The notes: generated by a model not told the origin, from the letters alone. A stretch of 64,000 nucleotides of DNA from an uncultured virus (IMG/VR IMGVR_UViG_3300036716_001108) (IMGVR_UViG_3300036716_001108), one strand, 5' to 3'. Positions 39,411-49,785 are shown, counted from the first letter of the stretch. Program-made: numbers and translations.

Positions 39411-41515
39411 TAATATCGTCCAGTCGTTGCAGTTCTTGCTATATTTATTTTATATTTATCTATATTAAGTGAATCCAAATATATATCTTTAACAACTTTA
39501 TTATCAGAATAATCCTTATCAAAATTACCACTTATTTCAAATGTTTCATCCAATTCTAATTCATTCACATTTTTAATATTTAAATACTTTCTATCTTCTT
39601 TATCTACATTAATTTTAAAATCTACTTTCAAGTTAAAATCTGAATTTGGTTTGGTTTCAAAATTAATATTAATAATAAACGAAGTGTCCTTTAAATTAAA
39701 TACTTTAAAATTATCAGTCATACCAAATTCTAAATTAACATTCTTTTGTAAACTATATATTAACCATGCAAATCCTTTAACCTCATCAATTAATGAATTT
39801 ATTAAAATTTCTTTAAAAGTAGATTCTCCTGATGATGGTGTTAAAAATGAATTTTTAAAAATAATATCATCAGAAACATTACTTTTATTTCCATCACTTT
39901 GAAAATTATAGAATGATGTATCTAATGCCCATGATTGAGCCATTGAAACATCCCCATCCTTAATCATCCCTCTTTTATTAATTTTAAAAATGTTCAAAAA
40001 TAAATCTGTTAAATGTGATCTCAAATTCCTATTAAAAATATTATTTCTATAATCATTACTTATCCAATTTTTAAGTAAACTTTCATCTTTTGAAATATCA
40101 AAAACTTCCCTTTCAGTATCAAGTGGTGTATCCACTAAGACATCTGTACCTTTCATTAAATTAATTCTACCAGTTTTTTCAACATCATATTTAAAATTAT
40201 GTTTAGTATCAAACAAAAACTTTAAACTACTTATAAAATCAATTGTAGTTTCTCTTGGATAACCAGGTATCCATCCCGCATCAAATACAATTTTATCATC
40301 TTTTGTAACTGCATCTAAATACATTTTAATAACATCTGGAGTTTGGTTCTTTTCCATTAGTGCTAAAGTTTTTGGAACTCCATTCTCTACTCCGATATTC
40401 ATATAAACCAATCCTGATTTTCTTGCTTCATCTAAAAACTTCTCATTCATTTTTTTATGAGTTCTAAAATAACCACCATATCTTATTTTTGGTAATTCTC
40501 CCTTGTCAATTAATTCATTTAATACATCAACAAATTTTTTATAATTACTTATTGAACCATTTATCAATGAATCTGTAAACCAAAAATTTTCAACTCCATA
40601 TTCTTTATTTAATTTTGTTATATCTTCAATTAACTTTTCAGGACTTCTATATCTATACAATCGAGTCTCACTACAAAAAGTACATTTAAAAGTACATCCT
40701 CTTGAACCTTGAATTGGTACTGTCAACTTTGGGCCAAAATCTGATGTTTTATCTTCTTTTCTAATTTCAGTATAACCTTTTAAAACTTCTTCACTCCAAG
40801 TTGGTGTACTTAAAGTATCAAGGTTCATTATCTGTAAATTGCCAGTATAAACTGGTTTTCTACCACTACGACCTTGTTCTAATACAGTCGCGAATGATGG
40901 TCTTAGTTTATCCCACTTCCAAATTCCATTTGTATTATCATAACTCCCAGTTTCTATTAAATCGGTTGCTAAATCTACAATAGTTTTCTCACCTTCATTT
41001 GTACCACATCCAACATCTACAAATTCTCTGTACTTTCCTTTTATCAATGATTCATTAGTTGACTGATTTGAACCAAGTTCGCTAAGTCCACCGTTTTCAC
41101 CATACCAACAAAATGGGCCGCCATACCATATATGTATATTGGGATTAAGTTGTCTTAAATAACGAGCAAGATAATCTGTTGTCATTATATTTGATGAATA
41201 TGTAGTAAAACTAACTGCATCAAATTCAGATAATTCTTTTACTATATCAAACCAAAATTCTTGAAACAATGGAACAATTTGTTCCCAAAAAACTCCCTTT
41301 GTAGACCAAGGATCATCTTGAGTCCATTTTTTAAAATACTCTTTATGATTATTTTTTAAATACAATGAACTCATCATATTAATATCATATTGAGTTGGAT
41401 TAAACCCCGCCTCCTTTAAGGCTGTATTTAAACTACCTAACGCAAATGAAGGAGTTGATATAGACCATTGTGGACAAATACATAAAGCTATTTTTAAATC
41501 TTTTTTGTCCATCAT
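39410..41515 (-). CDS. Cobalamin-binding-domain radical SAM protein (class B-like)
   Basis: CPQWSISTPSFALGSL, GGP, NEGE, SRGCTFKCTFCSE, FTDSLING, GVEN, GYPRET. Confidence 0.85.
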   Translation of the reverse strand: MMDKKDLKIALCICPQWSISTPSFALGSLNTALKEAGFNPTQYDINMMSSLYLKNNHKEYFKKWTQDDPWSTKGVFWEQIVPLFQEFWFDIVKELSEFDAVSFTTYSSNIMTTDYLARYLRQLNPNIHIWYGGPFCWYGENGGLSELGSNQSTNESLIKGKYREFVDVGCGTNEGEKTIVDLATDLIETGSYDNTNGIWKWDKLRPSFATVLEQGRSGRKPVYTGNLQIMNLDTLSTPTWSEEVLKGYTEIRKEDKTSDFGPKLTVPIQGSRGCTFKCTFCSETRLYRYRSPEKLIEDITKLNKEYGVENFWFTDSLINGSISNYKKFVDVLNELIDKGELPKIRYGGYFRTHKKMNEKFLDEARKSGLVYMNIGVENGVPKTLALMEKNQTPDVIKMYLDAVTKDDKIVFDAGWIPGYPRETTIDFISSLKFLFDTKHNFKYDVEKTGRINLMKGTDVLVDTPLDTEREVFDISKDESLLKNWISNDYRNNIFNRNLRSHLTDLFLNIFKINKRGMIKDGDVSMAQSWALDTSFYNFQSDGNKSNVSDDIIFKNSFLTPSSGESTFKEILINSLIDEVKGFAWLIYSLQKNVNLEFGMTDNFKVFNLKDTSFIININFETKPNSDFNLKVDFKINVDKEDRKYLNIKNVNELELDETFEISGNFDKDYSDNKVVKDIYLDSLNIDKYKINIARTATTGRY

Positions 41516-42102
41516 ACAAAAGTGTCTCCAACGGCCCAAGTAACTAAGGAATATCTATGTCCATTTGTAATTGGTTTTACTTCATGTCCATAAAATGATG
41601 GAAATATTAAAGCCCTGCCCTTTCTTGATTCAATGTGTGTACCATCGAAAAACTTAAATTCACCACCTTGATAATCCTCTCCCTCATTACTTAAAAATAT
41701 AATTATAGTTAACTTAACTACAGTAAAAGGATCAATGGGATGGAAATCTGAATGTGGTGTATACCAGTCCTCTCCATCATATCTATGCCCCATAAGTTTA
41801 TTTTTATATATACCTGAAATATTATATTTGAAAGATGTAGTGTTAGCTATTTCAATCAAACTCCAAACTTTATCTAAATATTTTTGTTCTACAATATCAG
41901 CAATATTTAACTTACAAATCTCATCTTCCATCGTTGGTTGTTCTTCAATAATAGAATACGAACCTACCTTTGGTTTTGCATTATTATCAATATAGTTTCG
42001 TACTTCATTACATTCATCTTCAGTAAAGAAATTATCCCTTGTTAACCACCATCTAAATGATGGATTTTTTTTAAGAGTATCTATATCTATTGGTTTATAC
42101 AA
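41512..42102 (-). CDS. 2OG-Fe(II) oxygenase
   Basis: PHSD, YQGGEF, FPSFYGHEVKP..GHRYSL. Confidence 0.9.
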   Translation of the reverse strand: MYKPIDIDTLKKNPSFRWWLTRDNFFTEDECNEVRNYIDNNAKPKVGSYSIIEEQPTMEDEICKLNIADIVEQKYLDKVWSLIEIANTTSFKYNISGIYKNKLMGHRYDGEDWYTPHSDFHPIDPFTVVKLTIIIFLSNEGEDYQGGEFKFFDGTHIESRKGRALIFPSFYGHEVKPITNGHRYSLVTWAVGDTFV

Positions 42103-42697
42103 AAGTATTTCCTATTATAAATTCTTGTAATGAATATCTAACACCACTTGTAACTGGTGTAACTCTGTGAAATAACAATGGACAAAATATTAATAATGTT
42201 CCTTTTTCTTTTGGCATTTCATAAAATTCTAAAGTCTTTGGGTCTTGTATTGCTAATTGTGTAGAACCACCTTCATATTCGCTTGGAGCTGATAATTGAA
42301 GTATTGTAACTAATTTTCTTCTTGAACTCTCACCATTATTAAAATCTGAATGCCATGTATAAAAATTATCTGATTTATATTCAATCAATTTCATATTATT
42401 TTCTGGTTCTTGTATATGAAGATTCCAAGATAAATGATTACACATCTTAGCCGCAATAAATAATTTCTGTTGTAATGAACTATAATCCCCTACAACATAA
42501 TCTCTCATATCTTTGTGTAAATACCATTCTGTAACATTTCTAAAATCTGTATTGTGATCATCACCAAAGTGGTCATCTAAACAACCTTGTTCACTTTTTT
42601 CGGTATTCTTTATTCTTTCAACCAATTCATCACACTCATCGTTTGTGAAAAAATTTGGTTTACTCATATACCACTGCCAATTATTATTCTGTATCAT
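42095..42697 (-). CDS. 2OG-Fe(II) oxygenase
   Basis: WHSD, RKL, YEGG, HRVTPVTSGVRYSL. Confidence 0.9.
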   Translation of the reverse strand: MIQNNNWQWYMSKPNFFTNDECDELVERIKNTEKSEQGCLDDHFGDDHNTDFRNVTEWYLHKDMRDYVVGDYSSLQQKLFIAAKMCNHLSWNLHIQEPENNMKLIEYKSDNFYTWHSDFNNGESSRRKLVTILQLSAPSEYEGGSTQLAIQDPKTLEFYEMPKEKGTLLIFCPLLFHRVTPVTSGVRYSLQEFIIGNTFV

Positions 42698-43199
42698 CTA
42701 TCCAACCTTTTAAATAATCTGCAAAAATTCTATGTCCTTTTTCATTTGGATGTCCATTTTTACAAAATACTTTTTCTAAATTATTTTTATCTTGTGTTAT
42801 AACCTCATAAAAAGCTTTGTCTGTAAAATTATTAATATTTAAATCTCTATGTGATTTTCCAAATGAAAAAAATAATATGTGTTCTACTCCAAGTGATTGT
42901 AAAAATGTTTGGAATAAAATTATATCATACATTTCCCAATCATATTTAGAACGACTCTCTATTGTAAATCCTATAATAAATATTGTTTCATTGTGAAGTT
43001 GTTGGTTATTGTAAATCCATTTCATAGTATTGACTATGATTGTTTCATTACTACAACCTGAGATAGATTCATTAACTTCATTAAGATTTAAGTCATTTGA
43101 TATTAACCGACTAAATCTTTCCTCTTTTTGGGCTTCAAGTTCATCACCCTCAACCCAACTACAACCATTCACATATAGAATTTTTTTATTTAAAACCAT
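42684..43199 (-). CDS. SGNH-like protein (DUF6071-like)
   Basis: NGCSWVEG, GCSN, GHPNEKGH. Confidence 0.72.
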   Translation of the reverse strand: MVLNKKILYVNGCSWVEGDELEAQKEERFSRLISNDLNLNEVNESISGCSNETIIVNTMKWIYNNQQLHNETIFIIGFTIESRSKYDWEMYDIILFQTFLQSLGVEHILFFSFGKSHRDLNINNFTDKAFYEVITQDKNNLEKVFCKNGHPNEKGHRIFADYLKGWIDDTE

Positions 43200-43214
43200 T
43201 ATTTTTTATTAAAA

Positions 43215-44975
43215 TTATTTATTATGCACTAAATAACCCTCAGCATAATAATTGTGTGTTCCATCTACCTCAAAGTTATATACAGTAACCTGTTCATCAC
43301 TCAACTCAATAGTTTCAATTGTATGTTCCAATCCATCTACATGAAGTATTTTATCTCCAATTGATAAATCACCAGCCTCTACCCACTTACCATCAGTATA
43401 AAATGGATGAACAGAAGTAGTTTTAATATTTCCATTTAAAATCATATAATATCTATCAGTATGTACATATGTTTTTGTTACTTTAGAATCAACAACTGAA
43501 CTTGTTCCTACATCAAATGATTTAACAATATCACCTATCTCTACCTCTTCAATAGATTTTACTCCTTCATGCATTTGAATTTGTGTTCCACCAACAAAAC
43601 ATGGTGGTAAATTATGAACAAGAATATCTGAACCAAAGTATGTATCTATTTCTTCAACATCTAAGGAATAAAAAGTAGTTGTTTCACTCACTAATGATAT
43701 ACTATCTATATTAATTTCTTCTTCAGAACTACTTAAAATTTTCATTCCAGTCTCAACATATTCAGGCAGTTTAAAACAATACTCTGAACCAGATTTTACA
43801 AAAAGTGATGCCCCAGTTCCTATTTTATATGAACTATTAATAAGATAATATTGATCTAATTCATCACTTCCCCATCCAGTTACAACTGAACTTGTAAGTT
43901 CAGCATTCTCTATAGATGAAGTTGACCAACTCCACATATTACTTAATTGAAATGGGCCTGCTGTATCTTCTGGTTGTCCAGGAATATTATAAGATGATAC
44001 AATGTCTCCAATTTGAATGTCTTCAACATCTTTACTACTACCATCATGCATTCTAATTGGTGTTCCCTCAATAAAAGTATCAGGGTTATGTAGATAATTT
44101 ATTTTATACTCATTACTACCACTAGCAACTGGTGTTTTTCTACATGAGTATCCTCTTAAATTAGATGAATCTGAAGTTAAGTAAACACTTGAAGAAGATG
44201 TGTGTAAAACCAACCCTCGAATAACATCTGTTTGTAATGAACCTACAATTACATCTGGAACAATATATTCTTCCACTACAGATCCTGAATTAACATAATC
44301 TGAAAGTGAACCAGTAGTAGCATCATTTAAATCAAGAAAAGAATTACCCCTTTTTAAATCTGTATTGGGGGATTTCACCACAACATCTGGAACACCTGCT
44401 CCATTACTAAAATCTGATGGTAAATCTGCATATTTTCTTGGTTGATAACTATATAGTCCAGAAGAGCTTACATAATTATTAAAACTCAATTTATTTGCTG
44501 AATACTCACCAATTGAATTATCAGTATCATAAGATATTTTCATCACAAAAACATTAGCATCAGATGAAGAAATTTCTGGGATAACAACTGGATATGGGTC
44601 TACTAATATTTTCTCATATTCTATATCAGCAGAAGATAAACTTGAACTCAAATGTGTTAAAAATCCATCTTGTGGTTTTGCTCCAACTTCAGTATTATCA
44701 CAAACAACACAAAGTTTATTATAACCACCACTACCTAAAAAAGTATTTAATGCATCAAAATCTACCCAATTAGTATCTATATTTCTCATTCTTAAATTAG
44801 TATTTATTTCTGCTAAATATATATCACCATCGGATGCCACCCAATCATACATACCCAAAATACCCTCATTGTTTTGCTCTCCATCCCAATGAACACTCTG
44901 TGTAAAAAGATTAGCAACTTCTAAACTTTTGTCTCGTAAAGAACCACTATATATCGTTTTATTATAATCTGCCAT
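43215..44975 (-). CDS. Putative circularly permuted ATP-grasp protein with two tandem Hint (BIL/intein-like) domains
   Basis: GMYDW..IYLAEINTN, VVVKSP, VEEYI; Hint1 aa 300-455 TFIEGT..ILVHN; LPP linker; Hint2 aa 459-585 CFVGGT..TTSVHPF..VYNFEV..NYYAEGYLVHN-K. Confidence 0.75.
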   Translation of the reverse strand: MADYNKTIYSGSLRDKSLEVANLFTQSVHWDGEQNNEGILGMYDWVASDGDIYLAEINTNLRMRNIDTNWVDFDALNTFLGSGGYNKLCVVCDNTEVGAKPQDGFLTHLSSSLSSADIEYEKILVDPYPVVIPEISSSDANVFVMKISYDTDNSIGEYSANKLSFNNYVSSSGLYSYQPRKYADLPSDFSNGAGVPDVVVKSPNTDLKRGNSFLDLNDATTGSLSDYVNSGSVVEEYIVPDVIVGSLQTDVIRGLVLHTSSSSVYLTSDSSNLRGYSCRKTPVASGSNEYKINYLHNPDTFIEGTPIRMHDGSSKDVEDIQIGDIVSSYNIPGQPEDTAGPFQLSNMWSWSTSSIENAELTSSVVTGWGSDELDQYYLINSSYKIGTGASLFVKSGSEYCFKLPEYVETGMKILSSSEEEINIDSISLVSETTTFYSLDVEEIDTYFGSDILVHNLPPCFVGGTQIQMHEGVKSIEEVEIGDIVKSFDVGTSSVVDSKVTKTYVHTDRYYMILNGNIKTTSVHPFYTDGKWVEAGDLSIGDKILHVDGLEHTIETIELSDEQVTVYNFEVDGTHNYYAEGYLVHNK

Positions 44976-45002
44976 AATTTATATCCTTAATTTGGAAGTT
45001 TG

Positions 45003-45018
45003 TATACACTTATAAATA
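45003..45018 (-). promoter_or_regulatory. Candidate late-type promoter (sense TATTTATAAGTGTATA)
   Basis: Identical to 13473-13488; upstream of the Hint gene and its AAGGA RBS. Confidence 0.55.
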
Positions 45019-45462
45019 TCATATTTCTTTTATTTCTGTAAAAATATTTTCTTTCATAACTGATAGTGCTGGTGTATTCCAATCTTCTAATTTAATTGAT
45101 GCATAATTATACCCTTGTTTAACGATTTCATTACATCTCAACCATACTAAATCACTACCCAATCCTTTATTTCTATATTCTGGTATTATATAACGATTAC
45201 ATAAATAAGGATATTGTCTATTCCAATCTATAAATGCCCAACCACACTCAGTTAAATAAAATGTCCAATTATCTTTTAATCTACTTCTTAGGTCTTTTAA
45301 ATTCCACTCTTTCCAGTCCTTTCCAAATGAATCTTTAAAGTTATCCAACTCTTCTGATATTACTTGTATTTGTTCTGAATGAATATCATTGTAGTTTGTA
45401 ACCACTTGATACTTTTGAACTTCTTTTGGTTCGTAATTACTTAAATCTATCTTGTAATACAA
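45019..45462 (-). CDS. GNAT-family acetyltransferase
   Basis: RYIIPEYRNKGLGSDL acetyl-CoA motif, WNTPA. Confidence 0.78.
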   Translation of the reverse strand: MYYKIDLSNYEPKEVQKYQVVTNYNDIHSEQIQVISEELDNFKDSFGKDWKEWNLKDLRSRLKDNWTFYLTECGWAFIDWNRQYPYLCNRYIIPEYRNKGLGSDLVWLRCNEIVKQGYNYASIKLEDWNTPALSVMKENIFTEIKEI

Positions 45463-45464
45463 AA

Positions 45465-45737
45465 TTATGTATCACTATCTAAATCTAAACCAGTTCCTTG
45501 TAACATTGTCTTTGGAACTTTTCCACAATTTCCACAACTATAAACATCAATCGGTACTAATGCTTCTTTTCCTGTTGGTGATACAATTGCTGATAATCTT
45601 TTTATTATCGTGGATTGTATAAACAACACATTATTACATTCAGGATCATCACACCTTACGGTATCTGCTTTCGATAAATCTACCTGTGGTTGTGCTTGTG
45701 GTGGTTTTTGAAACTGTCTTTGTGGTTTTGTACTCAT
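45465..45737 (-). CDS. Small zinc-binding protein associated with clamp-loader genes
   Basis: C..C plus CGNCG; GGAG RBS. Confidence 0.6.
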   Translation of the reverse strand: MSTKPQRQFQKPPQAQPQVDLSKADTVRCDDPECNNVLFIQSTIIKRLSAIVSPTGKEALVPIDVYSCGNCGKVPKTMLQGTGLDLDSDT

Positions 45738-45747
45738 TTTATCTCCT

Positions 45748-46905
45748 TTATATATTTGTGTATATTTCTAAATTTTTATATTTATTTCGTAAAGATTTTA
45801 CATTTTCTATTTCACTTATAAAATCTTTATATTCTGAATGGCTTTTATTATTTATATTTTTTGTTTTCCAAACATTTTCTGTAAAAGTTCCCCAATTATT
45901 TATATGTATAAAATTAACTTCCGTTCTCATATTATTTAATTTCTGAAAATAATCTGACATCTTTATAAACCCTACCATTTCTTTATAATTATTATCTTGT
46001 ACTACAAATGTCATTCGTACAAAATCTAAATTTGGTATTTCTGTAAATATAAAATGTAAATTCTTATGTAATGTTTTCCACTTACCACCTACTCTAATTT
46101 TATTATAAGTTTCTTCAGTACACGCATCAATACTAATTTCAGCAGTTATTCGTGGTATATCATGTAAATTACTTAAACTATTCCACATCTTTTTAGTCCA
46201 CCCATTTGCATTTGTATGTAAATGTAAATTTCGTGTATCGGGATATTTTTCCATATTAATAGACTTTAAAAGATTTCTCCAAAACTCTCCACCGAATCCA
46301 TCTCCACTTGCAGTAATATAAAGTTCATTTGCGTCATCCATAGCATCACACAATATTACCTTTTGTATTTTCTCTGAGTTCTCTCTTTCTTTTCCCGTTG
46401 TCTGTATATAATCTAATCTACAACTTGGACATTTCAAATTACAACTTCTATCATGTGAAAATATAACACATTCTGGACCCCACGGCAACTTTACCATCTT
46501 TTCAGATATAATTTTCTTCCACTTCTCTTCACCATTAGGATTTATTTCTTTTGCATTCCATAATTTATGAAAAGTACTCTCATCATAAATTGGAAAATAT
46601 CCATTATCATATATGGTTTCATCTACATCTTCATTATACCATCGATTTAAAAATCCACATTCAGTTGAATCACAATACTTAAAATCACCATCATGCATTG
46701 ATTGTCTTAATTTTTGTGCAACTTCACCATTCCAAATATCATCCCATTCATCTTCTAAAGAATTTCCAGAAGGGCCACAAGTTATCCATGCATTAACCCA
46801 TCTTTTTTCTTCCTCACTCCATCCACCTGAAACACATTGCCATACTTTTCCATCATGAAAGAATTCTGCATTCCTGAATGGAGCTACACAAAATCCTTTT
46901 CTCAT
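45748..46905 (-). CDS. Radical SAM protein with N-terminal SPASM/twitch-like domain
   Basis: CVAPF..DGKVWQC..IWNG; DRSCNLKCPSCR; HTNA; EISIDA; paralog of 19335..20372. Confidence 0.82.
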   Translation of the reverse strand: MRKGFCVAPFRNAEFFHDGKVWQCVSGGWSEEEKRWVNAWITCGPSGNSLEDEWDDIWNGEVAQKLRQSMHDGDFKYCDSTECGFLNRWYNEDVDETIYDNGYFPIYDESTFHKLWNAKEINPNGEEKWKKIISEKMVKLPWGPECVIFSHDRSCNLKCPSCRLDYIQTTGKERENSEKIQKVILCDAMDDANELYITASGDGFGGEFWRNLLKSINMEKYPDTRNLHLHTNANGWTKKMWNSLSNLHDIPRITAEISIDACTEETYNKIRVGGKWKTLHKNLHFIFTEIPNLDFVRMTFVVQDNNYKEMVGFIKMSDYFQKLNNMRTEVNFIHINNWGTFTENVWKTKNINNKSHSEYKDFISEIENVKSLRNKYKNLEIYTNI

Positions 46906-47846
46906 TTTATTTTTCCAATTACCTCAACGAACATAGCCATAATATTAATCTCTTTATCCACTACTATAGCATCACTTTGTTGATATTGACTTAATGTTAA
47001 AATACATTCTGCAACATGACCTCTACCCCAATCATCTACTGTGTCAAATAGTAATCTAAATAAATCACTAAAGTCTGTTATTTTGGAATCTGCCAATACT
47101 TGTCTAATGTTTTTAAACGAATTCTTTTTATCTTGTGTTTTTAAAATATCTAATACTTGGTTCTTGTAGTCATTCTGTATTGCCATTCCCTCATCAATAA
47201 CAAGTTTACCATTTACAACTTGTCGTTGTATAGAATTTATAACTCTTCTTATATCTGGATAACCACCATTAACTATCGTTACAATGTCATCTACTGTTGC
47301 ATCCACCTTTTCATTCTGTAAAATATTTGAAACATGAAGTGCAACTTGTTTCCTATCTGGTGGTATAATTTGAAAAGATTGACATCTCGATTGAATTGGG
47401 TCTATAACTCTCTCTACGAAATTGCAGGTTAGAATGAATCTACAATGTTTACTAAATGTTTCCATCAAGTTACGAAGTGCTGCCTGTGCATTTGGTGTGA
47501 TGTAATCACACTCATCTAAAATGATAATCTTCATCTCTGCAAACCCAAGTGTTGAGGCAAAGTTCTTTACTTTATCTCTAACTATCTCTACACTATTCTC
47601 ATCTGATGCATTAATATATAGATAATCACAATCTATATTATTAACAAGTAGTTTTGCGAGAGTGGTCTTACCTGTACCAGCTCTTCCGTACAGTAAAAGA
47701 TGTGGTAAGTCGCCACTCTCCAGATAAACCTTAACCTTACTCTTTAGATGTTCATTTCCAATGTAAGTGTCAAGGTTTGAAGGCCGATACTTTTCTACCC
47801 ATAAACTATTTTTAATTTCTTCCATTATAACTTTTTCCAAATCCAA
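46902..47846 (-). CDS. Clamp-loader AAA+ subunit (gp44/RFC-like)
   Basis: WVEKYRP, GRAGTGKTT, LDECD, SRC. Confidence 0.95.
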   Translation of the reverse strand: MDLEKVIMEEIKNSLWVEKYRPSNLDTYIGNEHLKSKVKVYLESGDLPHLLLYGRAGTGKTTLAKLLVNNIDCDYLYINASDENSVEIVRDKVKNFASTLGFAEMKIIILDECDYITPNAQAALRNLMETFSKHCRFILTCNFVERVIDPIQSRCQSFQIIPPDRKQVALHVSNILQNEKVDATVDDIVTIVNGGYPDIRRVINSIQRQVVNGKLVIDEGMAIQNDYKNQVLDILKTQDKKNSFKNIRQVLADSKITDFSDLFRLLFDTVDDWGRGHVAECILTLSQYQQSDAIVVDKEINIMAMFVEVIGKIK

Positions 47847-49054
47847 ATTGGTTCACAAAATCTTTTATCTTTGGTTTCTTCTGCCTTCTTAATCGTAGAG
47901 CCATGAAACCTTTCATCTGATGCTCTTGCCATTCCTGCTCCACCACTATTTGGTCGTTTAGCCATTTCCATTCCAATACAACCTTGATACTCTGAATCAC
48001 TAAATGTTGATAAAAAATCATTCATAGGATTACAAATCTCTACCATATTTCTTTGTGTTCCAGTTCTAGCAAATACATCAGCAATATTCACTAATAAATA
48101 TCCACCACTCTTAATAGAAACCCATAAATTTTCAATAGTTTTCTGTAAAAAGTTTTTATTCCAATCATCTATTTCTTTATATCGTACCCAACTTTGAGTA
48201 TCTTCATAACTATATCTTTCTACTGAAAAATATGGTGGTGATGTAAATACGGTATCAAACATATTTTCATACACTTTAAAGTCCACATCCTCTGCGGGGG
48301 ATTCAATAAATTCACAATCCTTATCGACTTCAAAAAACATATTTCTATGTTTTTCATAGAACTCTTTTTGTTCTCTGTAGATAGGATGGTTTTCTTTTCT
48401 TGGATCTATTCCAAGATAATACTTACCACTTTCACTACCATAGAATCCTGCTAATCTATCACCCCAACCTGCACTAAAATCTAATATGTTTTCACTACCT
48501 AACTTATCGTATAGTACTTTTGCCACATTTGGTTTAAACTGTGAACAAATGTACTTTCTCAAACTTATCATAACTCTAAGAGCACCCTTATTTATTTTGG
48601 GAAGTTTTAAAGTATATGCGGCACCCATTAATGTAGTCATAAACTTATAACTACCCCAAGTTCTAATTGGTCCTGGTGCTATTGTTCCATCCACACTCCA
48701 TCGATTTTCTTGTTGAAAGTAATTACTTGAAGCGTTACCTGTATTGATTCGTTTAAAGTATTGTTGTTTACCTTCGAATGTTAAATCATAACGATACTTT
48801 GTACCCTCTCGTGCAAACCACTCACCATCTACCAATAAATCATTATGTCTCATACCTTTAAGTTTCTGTAACTCTTTGTATGCTCCATTTTCTGAAATGT
48901 TCATGTATGGTGGTGGATATGTCATTGCAACTTTTGCAAGACTTTCTCGTACATCTTGTTTTTCAAAGGTGTTCTTTATGTATTCCCATTCTTTCTCTTC
49001 TATTGAAAGATAAGGCTCCATATCATAGAACTTATCAAAGTAAGATAGGTACAT
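47825..49054 (-). CDS. DNA methyltransferase (amino-MTase, SPPY)
   Basis: QFKPNVAK, LDFSAGWGDR (motif I), FTSPPYF (motif IV). Confidence 0.85.
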   Translation of the reverse strand: MYLSYFDKFYDMEPYLSIEEKEWEYIKNTFEKQDVRESLAKVAMTYPPPYMNISENGAYKELQKLKGMRHNDLLVDGEWFAREGTKYRYDLTFEGKQQYFKRINTGNASSNYFQQENRWSVDGTIAPGPIRTWGSYKFMTTLMGAAYTLKLPKINKGALRVMISLRKYICSQFKPNVAKVLYDKLGSENILDFSAGWGDRLAGFYGSESGKYYLGIDPRKENHPIYREQKEFYEKHRNMFFEVDKDCEFIESPAEDVDFKVYENMFDTVFTSPPYFSVERYSYEDTQSWVRYKEIDDWNKNFLQKTIENLWVSIKSGGYLLVNIADVFARTGTQRNMVEICNPMNDFLSTFSDSEYQGCIGMEMAKRPNSGGAGMARASDERFHGSTIKKAEETKDKRFCEPIWIWKKL

Positions 49055-49785
49055 TAGCTAACTTGTTGTGTTGCTACCAAATAATATTCTGATTTGTATT
49101 CATCCACATTAAAGTTTATTTTACTCAAACCTGCTTTACTAATCTTTAGAGAAGCACCTGTACACTCTTTATTTGCACTCAATATATTTGAAAACATATT
49201 AGCATTAAATGAGATTGGTTCAATTTCTGTATATTCTTCAACTTCAACTGGAATTGTAATACGATTACTTGCAACATTACTATAACCTATAACAACACTA
49301 ACCTTTCCATCTTTTGTTATTATTGTAAAAGATTCACTATCTGTAAGAGCACCCTTACCCATAATGAATGTATTTATAAAGTAAGAATTTACTTTAATAT
49401 CTAAATCAAATTCACTTGGTAAGTTTTTCAACGCTGGTGGTGTTGGTATTACACTTAAATCACTTAACATATACTTTGAAGTAGTATTATATTTAGTGTC
49501 TTTCATGTCAATACTAATAAACTTATCACCCGAAGATGTTAATTTAAACTCTACATCATCACTTAAAACTGATAATAATGCTAAAAGTTGTGGTGTATTA
49601 TAGACTCCTAATTCTGATGCATCTACTCCAGAGAATTTATCTACTACTACCGAACCAACAACTGATTTATCACCTGAGATAAACCTTGTTGATAGTTTTT
49701 TTCCATCACTAATCCACTTAACAGATTTAATTTCTCCACCAAGTGCATATTTGTTAATATACCTAATTAGTTGTGTTTTATTCAT
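49054..49785 (-). CDS. Sliding clamp (gp45/PCNA-like)
   Basis: Size, position between polB and clamp loader, GVYNTPQLL, C-terminal YYLVA. Confidence 0.72.
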   Translation of the reverse strand: MNKTQLIRYINKYALGGEIKSVKWISDGKKLSTRFISGDKSVVGSVVVDKFSGVDASELGVYNTPQLLALLSVLSDDVEFKLTSSGDKFISIDMKDTKYNTTSKYMLSDLSVIPTPPALKNLPSEFDLDIKVNSYFINTFIMGKGALTDSESFTIITKDGKVSVVIGYSNVASNRITIPVEVEEYTEIEPISFNANMFSNILSANKECTGASLKISKAGLSKINFNVDEYKSEYYLVATQQVS

